64,000 nucleotides of DNA from a bacterium. GTDB lineage: Bacteria > SAR324 > XYD2-FULL-50-16. The notes beneath the pieces are model-generated. The model was not told where the DNA came from. It ran no database searches and worked only from the letters and a program-made list of their open reading frames with translations. Below are positions 1 to 7,592 of this stretch, in pieces. Within the stretch, counting starts at the first letter, position 1, and each line of letters opens with the position of its first letter. The DNA is taken from the NCBI GenBank assembly GCA_032250835.1, contig JAVVEA010000003.1:185458-249457 (forward strand). Direction: 5' to 3'. Both the position numbers and the translations under genes were made by a program.

Positions 1-160
1 CTGAATGGTCTTGGAGCCAACCATAATCTACTTGGGTAGACGCACCGGCGGGGACTACTGCCGTTTCCAACAGCCGCGCCAAGGCCCGGTGTTGGTGGTC
101 AAAGGCGTATAAACTAGGGGTAGTAAGCATAAAGAGACAGAGTATCAGCCAAGGTCTCAA
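1..160 (-). CDS. DUF547-like secreted protein, N-terminal part (runs off window)
   Basis: Not in the ORF track. A TTG at 160-158 overlaps the TGA of the radical SAM gene (TTGA). Open frame MRPWLILCLFMLTTPSLYAFDHQHRALARLLETAVVPAGASTQVDYGWLQDHS: a signal peptide followed by the FDH..H...LL...V...VDY..L pattern typical of DUF547 N-termini. Confidence 0.7.
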   Translation of the reverse strand, partial: MRPWLILCLFMLTTPSLYAFDHQHRALARLLETAVVPAGASTQVDYGWLQDHS

Positions 161-1137
161 TGGGTCTCCTGCTGCTCTAACGCACCGTTGCACGAGCTAC
201 CCGCCCCAGCGGTGCAGCCGAAACAATGTTCCCCAACGGCAATCTTTTGGTTGGCGAAATCCAAATGGGACCGTTCGAAAATGTCCGCTTTAAAGGGACC
301 AAACCCTAGGGCTTGATTGAAGTCACAATCAAAGAGCTTCCCCTGGTAGTCCACCGAAACCAAGTTACGGCACATCACCCTTTGGGCGGCCTGTTCGTTG
401 AAATTCGCCTGAAGTAATTGCTGGTAGGCTTCCCATTGCCCTGATCGCTTGAGTTCCCCCGCAAATCGGCGGATAGGCATGTTGGCGATGCTGTAAAGCT
501 GGTTGAATTCAATTCCATAGTCCTCTCGCAACCGCGACCGATAGGTGGCTTCCAAAGCCCGCTGGTCACCGGGCAGGAAGGCCCCGTTTGGGTTGTATAC
601 CAAGTCTAGACCCAGGGGCCCTTGGCCGTAACCCACCTGATTCAGCCGTTGTAACCCTTGGATACTCCGACTAAAAACCCCATCCCCCCTTTGCTGGTCC
701 ACGTTCGCCCCGCTATAACAGGGCAAGGAGGCAATGATTTGAACTCGATTTGAAGCCAACCACTCTGCGGTGTCCTCTTGGCCGGGCTCAAACAACACCG
801 TAAGGTTGCAACGGTTGGTAACCTGAACCTCTAGTTGGGTTAAAGCCTGAACAAAGCAGCGGAACTGGGGGTTTAGCTCGGGAGCACCGCCGGTCAGGTC
901 AACCTGAGTGATGCTCGGCGTGGCTTCAACCAACTCAAGTACCCGTTGCATGGGGATCCAGTCCATCAATTCGCGGCGGGTGGGTCCGGCGGCTTGGTGG
1001 CAATGGTGGCAGGCTTGATTGCAAAGACTGCCGAGATTGACTTGCAGGATTTGGGTCGTACCACGTCGACAGTCGAGGGATGCCGAGGCGAGGCGTTGGT
1101 GGAAGGAAGGGGACTGAAATTGGGTGGATTGGTTCAT
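157..1137 (-). CDS. arsS: ArsS-like radical SAM protein (arsenosugar biosynthesis family, DUF3641 C-terminus)
   Basis: LQVNLGSLCNQACHHCH (CxxxCxxC), DLTGGAPELNP, ASLPCY, VMCRNLVSVD..G..DCDFNQ and C-terminal HCFGCTAGAGSSC. Start moved to ATG 1137 because the TTG at 1191 lies inside the predicted promoter. Confidence 0.85.
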   Translation of the reverse strand: MNQSTQFQSPSFHQRLASASLDCRRGTTQILQVNLGSLCNQACHHCHQAAGPTRRELMDWIPMQRVLELVEATPSITQVDLTGGAPELNPQFRCFVQALTQLEVQVTNRCNLTVLFEPGQEDTAEWLASNRVQIIASLPCYSGANVDQQRGDGVFSRSIQGLQRLNQVGYGQGPLGLDLVYNPNGAFLPGDQRALEATYRSRLREDYGIEFNQLYSIANMPIRRFAGELKRSGQWEAYQQLLQANFNEQAAQRVMCRNLVSVDYQGKLFDCDFNQALGFGPFKADIFERSHLDFANQKIAVGEHCFGCTAGAGSSCNGALEQQETH

Positions 1138-1181
1138 TGGAGGCTCATGAAGCTCGTTAAAAAGCGGCTGTATGAAACCAA

Positions 1182-1207
1182 TTCGCCCCAACCACTCAAA
1201 AAGTTAC
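1182..1207 (-). promoter_or_regulatory. ECF sigma (SigF-type) promoter GTAACT-N16-CGAA upstream of arsS
   Basis: Minus strand reads GTAACT TTTTGAGTGGTTGGGG CGAA. This matches the Caulobacter SigF consensus GTAACC-N16-CGAA and lies next to the cognate sigma/anti-sigma genes. Confidence 0.75.
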
Positions 1208-1218
1208 AAAAAATAGTC

Positions 1219-1857
1219 TCACCATTTTAAGATTTTAGGCCCCAGGAAAAACCCCCCTAAAGTGAACATTATGGTGGGGATCAGGTGCCATGCGGTTTGG
1301 TGGTATAGGTTGTCGTTAGACTCTAACAGCATCAGGGCAAAGTTACCCATCGAAGTGGCAAAAAGGACCGATAAAGCCCCCGACCAATGAGGTAACACCG
1401 GGGCCAAACGCTTCACTTGAAAGAGCATGTAGGCCCCCGGTAGCACCAAAAAGAGCATGAAGCTTTGGATGCAAAAGCGGTCCATCGGTTGCGGATAGAT
1501 CTGTTCTGGGTAGTGGAGCAGCGTATGGGCCAACTGGAATAATAAGCTGCTTACCCAGATCGTTAGGGGTAGGAAGCCGAGGGACGGTAGCCATCTTGGC
1601 AGGTCCATCCTGGGGATCGCCAAATAACAAGCGAGCGCGGCGCTGACCAACGCCGAACCGCCCAACAGGGCCAAGTGGGTGATGAAAAGTGGTTCCAGTG
1701 CTTGATCCGCCAAATCACTGCGCAAACCATAGTACCAACTAACCGCCAAAAAGAAGAACAAGCTGGCCCCTACGCCCATTAGTGAGGCCATCCAAGGCGA
1801 CCTCACCGCTTGGCAATCCTGGCGGCTTAGGCTGTCGATCAATTGTTGGTTATTCAT
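1219..1857 (-). CDS. NrsF/DUF1109-family membrane anti-sigma factor
   Basis: N-terminal M..QQLIDSL, GLRSDL motif, about 6 TM helices, APV..P..G motif and C-terminal LGPKILKW; overlaps the ECF sigma gene. Confidence 0.8.
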   Translation of the reverse strand: MNNQQLIDSLSRQDCQAVRSPWMASLMGVGASLFFFLAVSWYYGLRSDLADQALEPLFITHLALLGGSALVSAALACYLAIPRMDLPRWLPSLGFLPLTIWVSSLLFQLAHTLLHYPEQIYPQPMDRFCIQSFMLFLVLPGAYMLFQVKRLAPVLPHWSGALSVLFATSMGNFALMLLESNDNLYHQTAWHLIPTIMFTLGGFFLGPKILKW

Positions 1858-2404
1858 CCGCAGGGCTGAGTTGCTCGGTGATTTTTTTCAGACATCGGTG
1901 CAGGGCTACCTTCACGGCGGATTCGCTCATGCCCATCTTTTGGGACGTCTCCCGGATAGAGTAGCCTTCAATTTTGCACAACTGAACCAGTTGGCGTTGC
2001 TGGCTGGGGAGTTTTTCCAGAATATCGGACAGTTGTTCGCGCTGCAACTGGTAAAAGGTTACATCCTGCGTCTCTTTTTCGAGGGTGAGGTGGTCTAAAA
2101 AGGTCTTTTCCAGCTCCAACCGGCGGTAGGCTCCACGGAAGTGGTCTTTCAAACGATAGTTGGCGATAGCAAACATCCAGGGCTTAAAGGGGCGGTTTGC
2201 TTGGTAGGTATGGCGGGCTTTATGGATGGAAATCAGGCATTCTTGGATCAGGTCGTTTAAACCTTCGGAATCACTGACCTTACTCCGCATCAATGCATGG
2301 AGTAACCGCTCGCACTGCCGCAAGACTTCGGCGTAAGCCAATTCGTCTCCGGCCTGCGCTTGCGCCATGAGGGTTTCCAGGGGGATCGTGGGTGTTGGGC
2401 TCAT
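1850..2404 (-). CDS. ECF RNA polymerase sigma factor (SigF-like)
   Basis: AQAGDELAY, DLIQECLISIHKARHTY..RPFKPWMFAIANYR (region 2); LP.QQR...KIEGYSIRETS..MGMSESAVKVALHR (region 4). Confidence 0.92.
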   Translation of the reverse strand: MSPTPTIPLETLMAQAQAGDELAYAEVLRQCERLLHALMRSKVSDSEGLNDLIQECLISIHKARHTYQANRPFKPWMFAIANYRLKDHFRGAYRRLELEKTFLDHLTLEKETQDVTFYQLQREQLSDILEKLPSQQRQLVQLCKIEGYSIRETSQKMGMSESAVKVALHRCLKKITEQLSPADE

Positions 2405-2645
2405 CGTCGACCACCTTCAAGGTCCAATCGTCAGTTCATCCAAAGCCCTCCTCAACCTGGTGGCTTTTTGGTGTATAAGCTTTAGTCGCGAAAGGTTGCC
2501 TTCAAGACGAGCGGTTTGCACCCTGGGCGTCATCGGGGCCAGCAGGCTAGTCCGTTCTCTTGGGGGCGGAGGCCTACTTTTACGCGTTGAGCACCCAATC
2601 AAGTTGGATTTGCCTACCAACCGGGGGGAAAAAGAAGGCTTGGTT

Positions 2646-2671
2646 GTAACCTTTCGCGTTGAGCAACCGAA
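2646..2671 (+). promoter_or_regulatory. ECF sigma (SigF-type) promoter GTAACC-N16-CGAA
   Basis: GTAACC TTTCGCGTTGAGCAAC CGAA, an exact match to the SigF consensus, oriented toward the TetR gene. Confidence 0.7.
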
Positions 2672-2743
2672 CAACTGGGGCAAGAGTTTCCAAAAGGAGC
2701 GCCCAAGACTAATCCCAGTCTCTGCTGCTAGTTTTATTCCTCG

Positions 2744-2772
2744 TTGACTTTATAGACGACTGGTCGTATTGT
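2744..2772 (+). promoter_or_regulatory. Sigma70-like promoter with embedded TetR/NemR-like operator
   Basis: TTGACT-N17-TATTGT, with the imperfect palindrome TAGACGACTGGTCGTA (2753-2768) in the spacer. Confidence 0.7.
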
Positions 2773-2800
2773 CAAACTATAACTGATAAGAGAGGGGTAG

Positions 2801-3394
2801 ATGAAACGCAGCATCAAACGTGAAGAAACCGAAGGCCGCCTGCTTGAGGTGGGCTTGTCTTTGTTTATCCAGCAGGGGTATCACGGTACGGGTCTTAAAG
2901 AAGTGGTGGATCAGGCCCAGATGCCCAAAGGCTCTTTTTACGCTTATTTTGACAGCAAAGAAGCCTTTGGTGGGTCGGTGGTAAACCACTTCGCCCAACA
3001 GGGGCTGGCCCGACTGGCGGTTTCCTTGGAGCAAGCTCCAGATCCGCTTTTGGGCCTGAGGGCTTTTTTTCAGGCCAACCGGGATAAGATGGAGTCCAGG
3101 GGATTTGCTGGGGGGTGTCTTTTGGGGAATTTTTCTAACGAGTTGGGCGCGCAGGCCCATGAGATCACACCGCATTTATTGCAAGGCTTGGGTAATTTAT
3201 CCTTGCACTTTGCGGAGGCTTTGGAAAAGGCCCAAGAGCTGGGGCTGGTCCGGCAAGATTTGGACGCATCCACGCTGGGCGACCTATTGCTCAACGGATG
3301 GGAAGGGGCGCTGATGAGGGCTAAAACCCAAGTTTCCCCTGAACCGCTGGATCAATTTTTGACCAGCTTTTTTGACCACCTCCTAAAACCGTAA
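2801..3394 (+). CDS. TetR/AcrR-family regulator, NemR-like
   Basis: HTH QGYHGTGLKEVVDQAQMPKGSFYAYFDSKEAFG; GGCLLGNFSNEL and GWEGALMRAK motifs of the NemR subfamily. Confidence 0.88.
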   Translation: MKRSIKREETEGRLLEVGLSLFIQQGYHGTGLKEVVDQAQMPKGSFYAYFDSKEAFGGSVVNHFAQQGLARLAVSLEQAPDPLLGLRAFFQANRDKMESRGFAGGCLLGNFSNELGAQAHEITPHLLQGLGNLSLHFAEALEKAQELGLVRQDLDASTLGDLLLNGWEGALMRAKTQVSPEPLDQFLTSFFDHLLKP

Positions 3395-3426
3395 CGGGCG
3401 GTTCCTGCATGGTTGCGGGGTGGTTT

Positions 3427-3455
3427 TTGTAAATAGACGACCGGTCATATATAAA
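3427..3455 (+). promoter_or_regulatory. Sigma70-like promoter with second TetR/NemR-like operator
   Basis: TTGTAA-N17-TATAAA, with TAGACGACCGGTCATA (3434-3449) in the spacer, followed by an AAGGAG RBS. Confidence 0.7.
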
Positions 3456-3464
3456 GGAGATCCC

Positions 3465-4121
3465 TTGAACCAGATGTTTGCTTTAAAAAACTCACTAAAG
3501 GCTTTAGAAGACCAATTCAATGAAAAGATGCCCGCTGAAACGAGGCAGCTGCTAGAGCAAAAGCGGCGAGAGTTGGCTGCTTTGGAGATAGAAAAGGCGG
3601 TGCCCGCGTTGGGTGAATTGGCCCCTGATTTTACGCTCAAGAACTTTGACGGGCAGAAGGTCCAGCTTTCTGATTGGTTGGAGAAAGGTCCGGTCGTACT
3701 GAGTTTCTACCGGGGGGCTTGGTGTCCCTACTGTAACCTTGAGATCAAGGCCTTAGGCGATTCTCTTGAAGCCTTTCAGGCCGCAGGGGCCAGCCTTCTG
3801 GTGGTCTCGCCTCAGCGAGCGGAGTTTTCTTCTCGCCAAGTGGAACAGGGGCAGTTGAAATTTCCGGTCTTAGAAGACCCAGGGAATCAACTAGCCGCTA
3901 GGTATGGCTTGGTCTTCACCTTAGACCCCAGCTTGCGGCCCTTGTACGAGCAACTGGGCATCGACATCCCGGCCTACAACGGGGACACAAGCTTTCAACT
4001 GCCCTTCCCTGCTACCTTCGTGGTCGACCGACCGGGAAAAGTCAGGTTTCGATTCGTCGATTCGGACTACCGCAAACGCGCGGAGCCCCAAGAAATTTTA
4101 GATGTGCTCAACTACCTATAA
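3465..4121 (+). CDS. Peroxiredoxin-like AhpC/TSA family protein (CPYC)
   Basis: APDFTL, GPVVLSFYRGAWCPYCNLE, LPFPATFVVD, DYRKRAEP. Start at TTG 3465 (or ATG 3474) after AAGGAG. Confidence 0.88.
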   Translation: MNQMFALKNSLKALEDQFNEKMPAETRQLLEQKRRELAALEIEKAVPALGELAPDFTLKNFDGQKVQLSDWLEKGPVVLSFYRGAWCPYCNLEIKALGDSLEAFQAAGASLLVVSPQRAEFSSRQVEQGQLKFPVLEDPGNQLAARYGLVFTLDPSLRPLYEQLGIDIPAYNGDTSFQLPFPATFVVDRPGKVRFRFVDSDYRKRAEPQEILDVLNYL

Positions 4122-4130
4122 GAGGAATTC

Positions 4131-4670
4131 ATGCGGCTACAACCTGGTGACTATGCTCCCCCAATCGACCTTCCCAGTTTTGAAGGAACTCCCTTCAACC
4201 TACAGGCCAACCGGGGACGTTGGCTCTTATTATCCTTTTATCGTTACGCTTCCTGCCCTTTTTGTAACCTGCGCATCCATAACTTAAGCAAGGAAAGCGC
4301 AAGGCTGAAGGGATTGGGTTTAGATCTCGTCGCTGTGTTCCAGTCTCCTGAAGCCAAGGTCCGCGAACATGCGGGTGGCCGCAACCTAACCTATCCCATA
4401 TTATGTGATCCAACCGAGGATTTGTACCGGCAATATGGCGTAGAGACGTCCTGGGCTGGGTTTTTCGGCGGTATGATGCTCAAGATGCCCAAGATGTTTA
4501 ATGCATTCTTTAAGGGCTATCTGCCAGGGAGTATGGAGGGGCATATCAACCGAATGCCCGCTGACTTTTTGATTGCGCCCGATGGAACCATCAGACTTGC
4601 CTACTATGGCTCCGACCTCGCGGACCATCTGTCCCTAAATGAGGTCATCCAAGTCCTTCCGCAAGGGTGA
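4131..4670 (+). CDS. Peroxiredoxin-like AhpC/TSA family protein (CPFC)
   Basis: LLSFYRYASCPFCNLR, DP...LY..YGV, RMPADFLI..DG; GAGG RBS. Confidence 0.85.
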   Translation: MRLQPGDYAPPIDLPSFEGTPFNLQANRGRWLLLSFYRYASCPFCNLRIHNLSKESARLKGLGLDLVAVFQSPEAKVREHAGGRNLTYPILCDPTEDLYRQYGVETSWAGFFGGMMLKMPKMFNAFFKGYLPGSMEGHINRMPADFLIAPDGTIRLAYYGSDLADHLSLNEVIQVLPQG

Positions 4671-4767
4671 TCCAACGCCTCTAGGAGGACCGCCTAGGCA
4701 AGGCTTATCAACCATCCCGCCAAGCAACCTGCTGGTGTCCCACTGGTCTAAGAGTCAACTTTAGGGG

Positions 4768-4804
4768 AAGGGTAAGCCGGGAGGGGCTCGGCTTATCCTC
4801 TTTA
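4768..4804. terminator. Hairpin between convergent genes, probable terminator
   Basis: GGGTAAGCCGGG-AGGGG-CTCGGCTTATCC stem-loop followed by TCTTT. Confidence 0.5.
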
Positions 4805-4820
4805 AAGGGGCTTTGGGGGG

Positions 4821-5777
4821 TTAAGCCTTAGGGAAGTGCTGCTTGGTGAAGGGCTTGGGGATCTTTTTGAGGCGCTCTTGGACCTCTTCGATGCGGCCCT
4901 GTAGCTTGATGGCCTGATGGCCCAGCGAGGTGCCCGGTTCGCCCGAAAGTAGGGGGCGGCCGTTCAGGTAAAGGGCAAGCCCCTGTTTCAGCTCGCTACT
5001 CAGCGGCAAAACGGCACCGGTGTCCATAGATTCCACCAAATCTTCGCGGCTCAGGTAGAGCCCGCCGATCACGGCCTTGGCCTCGTATTTGGCTTCTTTT
5101 TCGATCAAGCGCCGCAGGCTGGTTAAGTCCGGTTGCGGGTGGCCTGCCTCGCCGGTTAATAGGGCTTGGCGGCTGTAGTTTTTTAAGATCGGGTCTAGCT
5201 GGTAGGCGGAAAAACAAAATTCCATAGCGCTGGTAAAGCCCCGGTAATGAACCTGAATCCGGGCCTTTAGGCAGGCCTCGTCAGGGTTCATGATCTTCGC
5301 TTTGATCCGGTGGCTAACCAACTTGTCTACCTTGTGCCCACAGGGCAACAGGCGCGACCAGCTACCGGCGAAGAGGTGTAAGGCCTGATCGACCACGTCT
5401 TCTAAAAGCGGGTAGTTTTGCAGGTCCACCTTAAATTCGCGGGGCACCTTGGCGCGTCCGTCGCGAACCAAGGATTCGCGCTCTAAAAAGAGGTTGGCTA
5501 AGGAGTTGTCCAAAATCAACAAGGAATCGCCTTGTAGGGCGCTCAGCTCGAACACAAAGATCGGTGTCGGTTGGGCAATGCTTTCTAGGTAGTCCGAAAA
5601 CTTCCCGGCCGGTTCGATGTGGAAATCAAAGCGGCAAGAGATGTTGAACTGATCGAAGAAAAAGGACTCCAACTGGCAGAGATAGTTTTTTAAGACCACC
5701 TCTAGGGGCGTAAAGTAACTAGAAGTTACCTGTTCGCCTCGGGTCAGGTCATAGTTTTTTGCCACTACCGGTTTCAT
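4821..5777 (-). CDS. Divergent FliM-like flagellar switch protein
   Basis: YDL near the N-terminus, KFSDYLESI..PT.IFVF...LQGDSLLILD middle domain, C-terminal SPOA-like domain (G.VLPL....LYLNGRP...GEPG...GHQAIKL); immediately downstream of a FliN-like gene. Confidence 0.65.
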   Translation of the reverse strand: MKPVVAKNYDLTRGEQVTSSYFTPLEVVLKNYLCQLESFFFDQFNISCRFDFHIEPAGKFSDYLESIAQPTPIFVFELSALQGDSLLILDNSLANLFLERESLVRDGRAKVPREFKVDLQNYPLLEDVVDQALHLFAGSWSRLLPCGHKVDKLVSHRIKAKIMNPDEACLKARIQVHYRGFTSAMEFCFSAYQLDPILKNYSRQALLTGEAGHPQPDLTSLRRLIEKEAKYEAKAVIGGLYLSREDLVESMDTGAVLPLSSELKQGLALYLNGRPLLSGEPGTSLGHQAIKLQGRIEEVQERLKKIPKPFTKQHFPKA

Positions 5778-5785
5778 TGGGTCTC

Positions 5786-7462
5786 CTAGAAGTCGATCCG
5801 GGTGATCCGTACGCCCAGTTGGTCATCGTTGATTTGAACCACTTCGCCTTTGGCGATCACTTCACCGCCCAAGACGATGTCCACCGGGTCGCCGATCTTG
5901 CGGTCTAGCTGGATCACCGAGCCATAGTTCAGGCGGGTCAAGTCGTCGCCCGTCAGGTTGGCTTGGCCGACCTCCACCTTTAACTGGTGGGGGATGCGGT
6001 AGAGCAGGCTCTTGCCCACCAAGCCATCGGCACCGGGGCGCTCATAGCTTTGGCTGGGCGATTGGGGGGCCATGGCTGCCGCCGGAGCGCCGCCTAGGTC
6101 TACTTTCATGCGTTCTGAAGCGCTGGCCGTCTCTTCGATCTCAAAGTCATGGTTTTCCTCTTCGTCGATGCCGCTGTCAAAGGAGTCCATCGGCTCTTCT
6201 AAGTCGCCGAAGGCGTCGCTGTCGTCCTCTTCTTCAAAGGCGCTGGAGCCAAAATCTTCGGTGCTGGCGTCATAGCCGCCAAAGGATTCTTCTTCGGGTT
6301 CTTCTAAGTCGCCAAAGTCCGCTTCGTCGGTCTCGCCAAAGTCGGTGCTGAGTTCGGCCTCAGCCTCGGGCATGTCCAGGTCGTCCTCCATGGCTTCAAG
6401 GTCCGGCATTTCTTCTTCCACTTCTTCTAGTGCGGCAAACTGCTCGTCTTCGTCGGCGTCATCAAAGCCATATTCGCCGGGCATTTCCAGCTCTTCTTCC
6501 TCTAAACCAACCCCGCCGATTTCTTCCAGATCGTCCTCGGCAAGGTCCTCGGGAAGCGACTGGTCCAATTCTTCTTCAAGCAGGTCTTCCTGGTGCCCTT
6601 TGAGGTCCATTTCCTTTTCCGAAAGATCCACTAAGGTGTCTTCGGGCAAGGTGGGCGGCTCTTCAAAGTCTTCTTCCTCTTCTTCATCCAGGCTGCCCAT
6701 CTCGTCTGCGCCTAAGTCCGCGTCGAAGCTGTCGTCGATCTCGGCGTCTAACTCGCCCAGATCGGCCTCCATCTCATCGCCGCCTAGTTCATCGGCCAGG
6801 GGTTCTAACTCGTCACTGCCCAGATCATCCCCAAAATCGTCGCCCATGGGCTCACTAAAGTCCGATTCCATCGGGTCTCCCAGGTCCAGGTCGCCTTCGG
6901 CTTCTAAATCTTCTTCACCCAGGTCCAGGTCGTCCTCGATTTCCGGTAGTTCGCCTAGGTCTTCGTCGGCGGCCTCGGCGTCGTGTACCTCCATCGACTC
7001 GTCTAAAACTAGGTCCTCGTTGAGGCTGGCTAATTCGCTTTCTAGGTCGTCGTCTGAATCGACCTGCATCACGTCAGAAGAGTCATCGTCACTGGGGATT
7101 TCGCTTTCATCGACGCCCAATTCGGCCTCTAAGTCGCTCATGTCAAGCTCGTCGCCGCCGGTTTCGACTTCCGGGGGCTCTTCTCCCAGGTCCATGTCGG
7201 CGTCTAGGTCCATATCTAGGTCGCCGCCCATATCCAGGTCATCGTCGCCGCCTAGATCCATGGCGGCATCGTCACCATCTAGGTTGTCTGAGCCTAGGTC
7301 GTCGCCGAAGTCCAGGTCATCGCCCAGGTCGGCCCCTAGGTCCATATCCCCGCCTAGGTCGTCTCCACCCAGGTCCAGGTCGTCGTCAAGCGCGAGGTCG
7401 TCTACCCCTTCGTTGTCGTCTAGATCCAGGTCCAGATCCAGGTCCATTTCTTCGTTGGCCAT
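5786..7462 (-). CDS. FliN/SpoA-domain protein with very long D/E-rich N-terminal region
   Basis: C-terminal IPHQLKVEVG...L..GSVIQLDRKIGDPVDI..GG.VIAKGEVV.IND.LGVRITRI is a FliN/SPOA domain. The preceding ~480 aa are acidic low-complexity DLDLG/DDLDMG-type repeats. Start at MANEE (7462). Confidence 0.8.
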   Translation of the reverse strand: MANEEMDLDLDLDLDDNEGVDDLALDDDLDLGGDDLGGDMDLGADLGDDLDFGDDLGSDNLDGDDAAMDLGGDDDLDMGGDLDMDLDADMDLGEEPPEVETGGDELDMSDLEAELGVDESEIPSDDDSSDVMQVDSDDDLESELASLNEDLVLDESMEVHDAEAADEDLGELPEIEDDLDLGEEDLEAEGDLDLGDPMESDFSEPMGDDFGDDLGSDELEPLADELGGDEMEADLGELDAEIDDSFDADLGADEMGSLDEEEEEDFEEPPTLPEDTLVDLSEKEMDLKGHQEDLLEEELDQSLPEDLAEDDLEEIGGVGLEEEELEMPGEYGFDDADEDEQFAALEEVEEEMPDLEAMEDDLDMPEAEAELSTDFGETDEADFGDLEEPEEESFGGYDASTEDFGSSAFEEEDDSDAFGDLEEPMDSFDSGIDEEENHDFEIEETASASERMKVDLGGAPAAAMAPQSPSQSYERPGADGLVGKSLLYRIPHQLKVEVGQANLTGDDLTRLNYGSVIQLDRKIGDPVDIVLGGEVIAKGEVVQINDDQLGVRITRIDF

Positions 7463-7592
7463 GATAATCCCTCGGATTCGCCCATAGGTTGGGTTAAAAT
7501 TGCTTGCCTTCGGTGGCTGCCAGTTCGACAATGGGGCTTTACCTCAACGCGCCCAAAAGTATCGGGCCCGTCCACCTGGGTTTGCCCTGGCA

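Noticed and set aside
2417-2683. 88-aa minus-strand ORF with two GCSTRK repeats, a possible RiPP precursor
   Set aside because: The repeat is the reverse translation of the duplicated promoter sequence; TTG start without an RBS and no leader or signal features.
157-4670. Selenocysteine recoding in ArsS or the peroxiredoxins
   Set aside because: All relevant positions are Cys codons and there is no in-frame TGA.
4700-4750. SAM-I riboswitch-like CTTATCAA...GCAACC...GGTG
   Set aside because: It lacks the P2 kink-turn core and lies between convergent 3' ends.
6345-7487. 380-aa Ser-rich ORF on the + strand
   Set aside because: It is the antisense shadow of GAC/GAA/GAT codons in the acidic FliN gene, with no RBS or independent signal.
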